Positions 58,170-64,000 of a stretch of DNA of 64,000 bases are shown here, piece after piece. The notes under the pieces were generated by a model, which made no database searches, was not told the origin of the DNA, and saw nothing but the letters and a program-made list of their open reading frames with translations. A program made the position numbers and the translations under genes. Source of the stretch: Patescibacteria group bacterium (lineage in GTDB: Bacteria; Patescibacteriota; UBA1384; UBA12157; JAENIV01); NCBI GenBank assembly GCA_049515915.1, contig JBEKTP010000005.1, positions 15,307-79,306 on the forward strand. The letters run 5' to 3'. Position 1 is the stretch's first letter. Each line of letters opens with the position of its first letter.

Positions 58170-59588
58170 TTAGGCCACCAGTTGTCTCCTGGCGAGCCTG
58201 GCCACCTGCTGGGCCTTCTCGAAGGCCAAGCCAGTGTATTCTTCAGGTCGGTGAAGCAGCTCCATGATTGAGGGCGGAATGCGGCCAATCGCATCCAGGA
58301 GCGCTTCGTTTGGCATGTCCTCAAGGATGTCGATGAGGAGTCGCCCCGTCCTCTTGGACTCCGGCACAGCCTGCTCGGCCACAATCTTGTAGCCGTCGCC
58401 TTCGAAGCCGGCGATCTGCAGAGCCAGTTGCGTCGGCTCGGCCAGAAGGAAGGGGGCAACCAAGCGGAAGTTCCGTTCACAAGCATCGGCATTGACGACC
58501 ACGCGCGCCAGGAAGGGCACCCCGTCATCGTTGCGTCGCCTAAGCGTGTTAAGTTGCTGCATAACGTTGACGACGATGACCGGGAAGAAGCGCGCGACGG
58601 GACTGCCGACCAGGTCACGCTGGAGATCGCTGATGAGAGTATCCATGACGTTCCCGAACATATTCTTGGTCAGGATCCATATTCCTACCATGTTCTCGAA
58701 GTTGATCGGGTTGGTCTTCTGTCCCAACGTCGAGGAGCCAACCTCTCCGAGACCTTTGACCTCCGCGAACTCGGCGATTTCCGTGCGCATCAGGTTGCGC
58801 GCGTCCTGCCCAAGCTGCGCCATCGAGGCAGAGAAAAGACAATTCACAAAGAGGTGCAACGCCAGAGGTTCGGGCGGCAGGATCTGGGTGCTAATGCGGG
58901 CAGGCTGAAGGCCAAGTTTGGCAAGAACCCGATATTCGAACGAACACCCACCACACTTGGCAAGGATGCCCAAACCCTTCTGGGCATTGAAGGCGCCAAC
59001 CGCACCGGAGATCTTGCCGACAATCTGCCCGCAGGCCCGATCCATCTCCTCGAGCGTATACAGATAACGGGAAAGGATGGTTGCGAGCCAGAAGCCGACG
59101 GTGATCGGCAAGGCGGCTTGGAGATGTGTCCGTCCAAGCTGGAGCTGGTCAGCAAACCGTTCCACTAAGTCAGATAGCAACAGCCCGACCTCGCTGGCGG
59201 CTGGGCGGACCGCTTCTCGGTGAGCCCGAACAAAGGACATCGCCCGAGCCGTGTCGAGAGGGTCGTAGCTCGTCAAGCCGGTGTGGATCCACCGGCCGAG
59301 ACGGCGATCGACCCGTTCCATTGCCAGTTGGACCCAGGCGCGAATATCGTGCTTGGTCACCTTCCGTTCGCGCTGATCTACCTCGGTCGTGGTTATCCCG
59401 AGAAGCTGTTCACGAACATCAGGCGTCAAGAGCGCGATATCATCAGCAGGAATGAAGCCGATCTCGCCAAGCACTTCCAGATTGGCGATCTCGACTCGGG
59501 CTACGCCCTCGTACGAATGGTCGTAGCCGAAGATAGGCACAAGTTCTTTTGGCTGATACCGAGAATGCCCCGGCAGCGTCTCGTTCAT
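58170..59588 (-). CDS. purB: Adenylosuccinate lyase-like (fumarate-lyase superfamily; divergent signature loop)
   Basis: ASL-like N-terminus (..KHDIRAWVQ..) and the lyase-1 signature region GSSTLGQKTNPINFENM in place of canonical GSSAMPHKRNPI..EN. GC is high. Confidence 0.65.
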   Translation of the reverse strand: MNETLPGHSRYQPKELVPIFGYDHSYEGVARVEIANLEVLGEIGFIPADDIALLTPDVREQLLGITTTEVDQRERKVTKHDIRAWVQLAMERVDRRLGRWIHTGLTSYDPLDTARAMSFVRAHREAVRPAASEVGLLLSDLVERFADQLQLGRTHLQAALPITVGFWLATILSRYLYTLEEMDRACGQIVGKISGAVGAFNAQKGLGILAKCGGCSFEYRVLAKLGLQPARISTQILPPEPLALHLFVNCLFSASMAQLGQDARNLMRTEIAEFAEVKGLGEVGSSTLGQKTNPINFENMVGIWILTKNMFGNVMDTLISDLQRDLVGSPVARFFPVIVVNVMQQLNTLRRRNDDGVPFLARVVVNADACERNFRLVAPFLLAEPTQLALQIAGFEGDGYKIVAEQAVPESKRTGRLLIDILEDMPNEALLDAIGRIPPSIMELLHRPEEYTGLAFEKAQQVARLARRQLVA

Positions 59589-59664
59589 GTCGCGCTATGT
59601 TCTCCTTCCGCAAGTGAGTTGCTGCTCTGATTTATTTATAACAAATATTTGCTTTTTGGCAAAC

Positions 59665-59726
59665 CAAAAAAGAGCTTTCGCTCTCAAAAAATGGGAAGGG
59701 CGGAGCGGACACCAGTCCGCCCCGCC
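59665..59726 (-). terminator. 62-bp repeated element, copy 2 (purL terminator)
   Basis: aaaaaagagctttcgctctcaaaaaatgggaagggcggagcggacaccagtccgccccgccc. The 3' 34 nt are identical to copy 1. Confidence 0.5.
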
Positions 59727-59749
59727 CGGGATAGTCGGATAAGACCGCG

Positions 59750-62700
59750 CTACTTATTCGCGCGGCACCAGTCGAGGCCGTTCAGGCCGATTTGAATCCA
59801 AGGTGACTCCGGAAGGGTTTCCCGCCACTCGGGAGGCATCCAGGCCCAGAGCCTCTTCAAGTAACCACGATCAAACATGTGTGGCATGACGTAGGTGTTC
59901 CGACCGGGTTCGTCGCAAACACCTGCGACATAGTGGCCGCTCGGACTGTACGGCAACGCGCGAGTGCGGCGACCATGGGCGTCAACGTAGACGACTGGAA
60001 TCAGCCGCTTCTCATTGGCCTGCTCGAGCACTTCGGGATAGGCGGTGCAATCGAAGAAACCCTCGCCATTGGCTACGTAGGTGCCGAGAACCGATCCCTC
60101 CATCCCCCGAAAGAGAATGGAAGTGCTCGGCTCCACCAACACGCGCACCCATTGGTGATTGAACGAACCCAACTTAATCTGGGTGAACTTAGGCTGCTGG
60201 TCCTCGGGCAGTTGCGGAAATGGCGCCCAGCCGCAGCGGAGACCGAGTTGGGCTCCGTTACAGACCCCGAAGCTAAAGGTATCATCCCGAGCGAAGAACT
60301 GCTCGAAGATTGCCTTAAGCTTGGGGTTCATCTTGATCTTGAGGGCCCACCCGACCGCTGCTCCAAGGACATCGCGGAAGGTGAATCCGCCGGGGAAGAT
60401 CACGCCCCGAAACATCTCGAGGTTGTCGAGTCGACCCAATAGGAAGTCATTGAGATGAACTTCCCACGGGTCGAAGCCGACGTACCGCCAGGCCGCCATC
60501 ATCTCCACATGGCCGTTTGTTCCCTGTTCGCGGATCACCGCGAGCTTTGGCTTGTCCGGATTTCGGAGAATTGACCGCGGCCGCGTGGGTATAAATGTCA
60601 AGCGGTAGAGCGGCTGTTCGCGCGTGGCTGTGTTGCGCCATTCCTTTCCGGCCTCCGCAGGGTTGACGCGAATCTTGCGGAATTCATAGCCAGTGCGCTC
60701 CCACTTTCGCCGTGCTTCAGCCGTTGTAGCATTGAGAATCTCCTCGCCGTTATGGTTGAGACTGATCGTCTGTTCAGTCGTTGTCCGACCAAGCACCTGA
60801 TAAGGCACACCATAGTCATCGAGAACCTCACGTACCTTATCTAGGTTTTCGTCAGAGACTTCGACAACGAATCCCAACTCCTCGGCGAGCCACTCGTTGA
60901 AGGCGGAGTGCGGTGTGTTGGTGGCAAGCTTGACCCCGCAACCGGTGGCAAAGCACATTTCCGCCACTGTTGCGGCCAAACCACCGGAACTGATGTCGTG
61001 CCCGGCCGTGATGAGCTTGCTGAACAGTAAGTCCTGAGCCGCTGCGAAAGTCTTCAGTAGTAGATCGGGCCGGTCGAGGTTGGGACAATCCGCGCCCAAC
61101 TGACCAAGAGTCTGTCCGAAGGACGAGCCGCCCAGACGGCGTTCACCGTTAGCGATGTCGATCCTAACAAGCATACTCCGGCCGGGGTACTTAATCTCCG
61201 GTGTAACGTAGACTGAGATGTCCTCCACCGTGACGGCCGTAGAGAAAACGACGGTCTCGATCGACTTGACCAGAAGCTTCTTGACCCAAGTGGCCATCGA
61301 ACTCGAGTCTTTACCACCAATGATGGCAGACCAGAGCTTGATGAGCGTGTCGCGAACAGCTCTGACCGCGGCATCGAGTCGAGCAATCTCTCCATCAGGT
61401 GGCTTGAGTGTCGCCGGCCACATCCAGTTACAAAGACACTTGATCTTCTTGATGTTATCGATGCCCATGCCCATGAGGTTAGTGTACATCTCCCCAATGG
61501 ACATGCGGGCACCCGCTTGCGGATCAAGAGCAGTTAAGTACGGCGCAACCCCGAGAGTGGCAGCCTGGCCCGACTTGGAGGCTGAACTGAAGGCAACAAG
61601 TGAACAGTCGGCGACAGGAGTCGCGAACGGGCCGCAATACTGGTTCTGCACGACGAGCCCGCCAATACTTCCATCAACGCCGCGGGTAACGAACTCCTTG
61701 CTTCCCACTTCGCTCCGGCGGAAGGTTTGGAAAGCAGCTCGTTCGAAGGTGAGATCATCAGGAATCTCGAGCGGAATTCTGATGTCTTCGGGGGTTGTGT
61801 CGTGAATGTCCGGGCTATCGATCTTAGCCAAGAGCTCCGCCATAACGAAATCGACGATTGGCTTGGCATGCTTGGCCTTGACCTCTGCCTTACTGGCTTC
61901 GGAAAAGACTTGAAGACGACCGTCGCCGGCAATCTCGCCGAGAACTTCGATCGGACAGTTCTCGCGGCGGCAAACGTAACGGAGCCACTTAAGGTCACGC
62001 TTCCAGATGAGGATGCCCTGCCGTTCCTGATACTCACAGACCCAGACTTTGGCATCGGACATGGTCGGATCGCCGCGGTTGACCTGGCCGAGATAGATAC
62101 GGCCGCCAGCCCGGCCAATCAGTTCCGAAAGGATATTGGCGACGCCGCCAGCACCCTGGTCGTGAATGGCGACGATAGGGTTCTTCCGTCCGCGGGCCAT
62201 GCAGGCCAGCAGCACCTGATAAAACCGCCGTTCCATCTCGGGATCACCACGCTGAACGGCGTTCTCATCGAAGGTTGCGGTGTTCGAGCCCGAAGTCGAG
62301 CTGGAGCCCGAGCCGCCACAGAACCCGATCGGATAGGCCGGTCCCCCGATCTGAACGACTAGCATCCCCTTGCGAGGCTTCCCCTTCCGAAGATGCTGAT
62401 GCTGAATCGCGCCGCCACCAAAGCCGAAACCAACCGGCTTAAGCGACTCGACACGTTCCATGATAATCTTGCCTCGCTTGTTACGCCGAGGCCGCCAGAT
62501 GGCACCCGTAAACCAGAAACCAGCAGTGCAGGGCTTACCAAATGCATCAGCGTAGTCGTGCCAGCCTTGAAGACTCTTGGCCGCGACTTCGACCGGGGTA
62601 GCCTTGTCAGTCGGGTAGTCATAGCGCCGCCCGCGGATGAATTCGCCGGGAATACGGTAGCCGCTCGGGAAGCGGATGCTCCCCAAAATCCGACCCTGTA

Positions 62701-63661
62701 GTGCGTACAGGATGTCGGATACACTGCCGGCGCCTAGCTGATCGCGGATCTCGCCCCCAATCTCTGTCGCCGAGCCCGGATAGGGCGCGACGTGATCAGG
62801 ATAGTTGTGCGTCTCCGCACTAAATAAGGCATGGAGTGTCACCCGGACCCACTTGTAGGGACCAGGTTCCCCGGGATAGGCCGCCACGAGCACGGGCACA
62901 GTGGAACCTTCGACGGCACTCGCGTTATCGGAGCCCGCGATCATGATGTTGTCGGCGTCGGTCCCCCGAAGCGCCTTGAGCGGCTCCCGAAGGAGTTCGA
63001 TCAAAGTGTAGGGCCGACGCTCGCCATCAATCACAAAGTGGGTCAGGAAGAAGAGGTCGTGCCAGCAGTGGTTAGACCACATCTGACTGAGCTGATAGAG
63101 CGCCACGTCAGTGGGGTTTCGCCCCATCCGTACGAATATCCGCTCTATCCGCTGGAGCTTCGCTTCATTGAAGCCGAGGTTCTCGGCTGTATTGAAGTGA
63201 TCGAGCGCCGCTCTTCCCTCCTCGAAAAGCGGGATGACGCGAACAGGCGGCACCGCAACGTCTACTTGGAAACTGCAAGGCAGCTCCTCGTAGATTTCTT
63301 CAGTCACCATATCGCGTCTTGTCTTGAGGAATTCGGTCGGGTCTCTGCCCGAAGGAACAGCGTACCGTCTGAAATGCTCGATTCGTCCGACTTCAGGGAA
63401 GCCAACAGCGTGAGTGATCTCAACAGCCATCGATGAAAACGGCGTCTCAATCGCCAGCCGAGGCCCAACGATAACAGCACCGTCAAGCTCCGGGATGTTC
63501 GTGACACGATGCGTCGGCAGATACTTGAAGAGTCCTCGTATGCTGGCGATGAGCCTCCTCGACTGCGCCAGAGTGAGAGAAACGTCAATCCCGACCAAGA
63601 AGCAGCTTTCCGAACCGTCCGGCTCGAGCCGGTAAAACGGCAACGTCATCTTCTTTGTCAT
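59750..63661 (-). CDS. purL: Phosphoribosylformylglycinamidine synthase, large single-chain form (1303 aa)
   Basis: N-domain, two PurM-like repeats (AIHDQGAGGVANILSELI; VQIGGPAYPIGFCGG) and a C-terminal class-I glutaminase with GVCNGAQLG. Very high GC. Confidence 0.85.
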   Translation of the reverse strand: MTKKMTLPFYRLEPDGSESCFLVGIDVSLTLAQSRRLIASIRGLFKYLPTHRVTNIPELDGAVIVGPRLAIETPFSSMAVEITHAVGFPEVGRIEHFRRYAVPSGRDPTEFLKTRRDMVTEEIYEELPCSFQVDVAVPPVRVIPLFEEGRAALDHFNTAENLGFNEAKLQRIERIFVRMGRNPTDVALYQLSQMWSNHCWHDLFFLTHFVIDGERRPYTLIELLREPLKALRGTDADNIMIAGSDNASAVEGSTVPVLVAAYPGEPGPYKWVRVTLHALFSAETHNYPDHVAPYPGSATEIGGEIRDQLGAGSVSDILYALQGRILGSIRFPSGYRIPGEFIRGRRYDYPTDKATPVEVAAKSLQGWHDYADAFGKPCTAGFWFTGAIWRPRRNKRGKIIMERVESLKPVGFGFGGGAIQHQHLRKGKPRKGMLVVQIGGPAYPIGFCGGSGSSSTSGSNTATFDENAVQRGDPEMERRFYQVLLACMARGRKNPIVAIHDQGAGGVANILSELIGRAGGRIYLGQVNRGDPTMSDAKVWVCEYQERQGILIWKRDLKWLRYVCRRENCPIEVLGEIAGDGRLQVFSEASKAEVKAKHAKPIVDFVMAELLAKIDSPDIHDTTPEDIRIPLEIPDDLTFERAAFQTFRRSEVGSKEFVTRGVDGSIGGLVVQNQYCGPFATPVADCSLVAFSSASKSGQAATLGVAPYLTALDPQAGARMSIGEMYTNLMGMGIDNIKKIKCLCNWMWPATLKPPDGEIARLDAAVRAVRDTLIKLWSAIIGGKDSSSMATWVKKLLVKSIETVVFSTAVTVEDISVYVTPEIKYPGRSMLVRIDIANGERRLGGSSFGQTLGQLGADCPNLDRPDLLLKTFAAAQDLLFSKLITAGHDISSGGLAATVAEMCFATGCGVKLATNTPHSAFNEWLAEELGFVVEVSDENLDKVREVLDDYGVPYQVLGRTTTEQTISLNHNGEEILNATTAEARRKWERTGYEFRKIRVNPAEAGKEWRNTATREQPLYRLTFIPTRPRSILRNPDKPKLAVIREQGTNGHVEMMAAWRYVGFDPWEVHLNDFLLGRLDNLEMFRGVIFPGGFTFRDVLGAAVGWALKIKMNPKLKAIFEQFFARDDTFSFGVCNGAQLGLRCGWAPFPQLPEDQQPKFTQIKLGSFNHQWVRVLVEPSTSILFRGMEGSVLGTYVANGEGFFDCTAYPEVLEQANEKRLIPVVYVDAHGRRTRALPYSPSGHYVAGVCDEPGRNTYVMPHMFDRGYLKRLWAWMPPEWRETLPESPWIQIGLNGLDWCRANK

Positions 63662-63875
63662 GGAACAAAACCTCGCTGCAAGGATTACAAGATACTAAGA
63701 CTCTCTGGTCATGCCGACGGCAGAGAACCAGTTAGTCTTCGACTTAATCTTACAAACCCAAATGACATAAAAAAAGTCTTAAGTCAAGACGTGCTCTTTT
63801 TTATTTGATAACTCAAAAAAGAGCTTTCGCTCTTTGAAATGCAACGGCCGAGACCCACGTCGGATCTCGGCCAGT

Positions 63876-64000
63876 CAGTTGTCCTCCTCGTCGGAAGCAG
63901 TATTAGTTTTTTTCGTGGCTCGCTCGCGTTTATCCAGTCCCTCGACACAGTGAGGACACATCTTCATCACTAGTGTGTCCGGAGCGGCTGCATAAAACTC
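63876..64000 (-). CDS. Partial CDS (C-terminus only) ending ...LVMKMCPHCVEGLDKRERATKKTNTASDEEDN*
   Basis: Open frame to the window edge with stop TGA at 63876-63878. The CPHC motif hints at a zinc ribbon. Identity unknown. Confidence 0.25.

Noticed and set aside
58428-62724. Many long overlapping ORFs on both strands within the purB-like and purL genes (e.g. 58428-59168 +, 61054-61527 -, 61727-62362 +)
   Set aside because: High-GC DNA is depleted in stop codons in all frames. The translated products are low-complexity Arg/Ala/Pro-rich and overlap well-supported genes.
1-64000. CRISPR arrays, rRNA genes, tRNA genes, transposase/integrase genes
   Set aside because: Scanned the intergenic intervals for regularly spaced direct repeats, cloverleaf-like T-arm/CCA signatures, and recombinase or transposase motifs. 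None was found. The only mobile-element-like features are the two inteins and the repeated 62-bp terminator element.

Overview
The window reads as an AT-rich chromosome segment of a Patescibacteria/CPR-like bacterium. By eye it is roughly 35-40% GC, and almost everything is on the minus strand. The identifiable blocks run in this order. 1-6412: leuS C-terminus, rpmF-nusB-rnc, a PaaX-like regulator, tsaC, pheT, pheS, a small membrane protein and rbfA. 6948-27456: the alpha/spc/S10 ribosomal superoperon (rpsI, rplM, rplQ, rpoA, rpsD, rpsK, rpsM, rpmJ, infA, map, adk, secY, rplO, rpsE through rpsJ) and tuf; between adk and secY sits a 4-gene cassette of signal-anchored envelope proteins (12785-15874). 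27941-38716: the str block fusA, rpsG, rpsL, followed by rpoC and rpoB. 39433-52088: obg, a LysM-CHAP hydrolase, infB, then gyrA and gyrB. 52247-56782: a small polysaccharide cluster (DUF4012 protein, Wzz-like, GT4 glycosyltransferase, polyprenyl-phosphate sugar transferase). Both gyrase genes carry inteins: a 450-aa LAGLIDADG intein in GyrA after the catalytic Tyr, and a 156-aa mini-intein in GyrB very similar to the Ssp GyrB intein. L30 and the rplKAJL genes are absent. The most unusual features are compositional. Four short GC-richer islets (about 50% GC by eye) each carry one small ORF with a consensus Shine-Dalgarno (SD), sit inside conserved operon intergenic regions, and are mostly flanked by GGCGGG...CCCGCC hairpins. 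The last 6.4 kb of the window is abruptly high-GC (about 60% by eye). It carries a large single-chain PurL and a divergent PurB-like lyase, purine de novo genes atypical for CPR. A 62-bp hairpin element is repeated in the intergenic regions there, but the gene upstream has a host-style promoter. That pattern suggests horizontal acquisition; a chimeric join remains the alternative. Also noted: a G9 homopolymer at the start of one islet ORF (possible phase variation), and a small two-TM ORF with its own consensus promoter and terminator between tuf and fusA. A recurring TTGACT-17-TAAGAT/TACAAT promoter consensus appears in several places. No rRNA, tRNA or CRISPR array was found. All calls come from reading the sequence and from memory of protein families; no searches were run.
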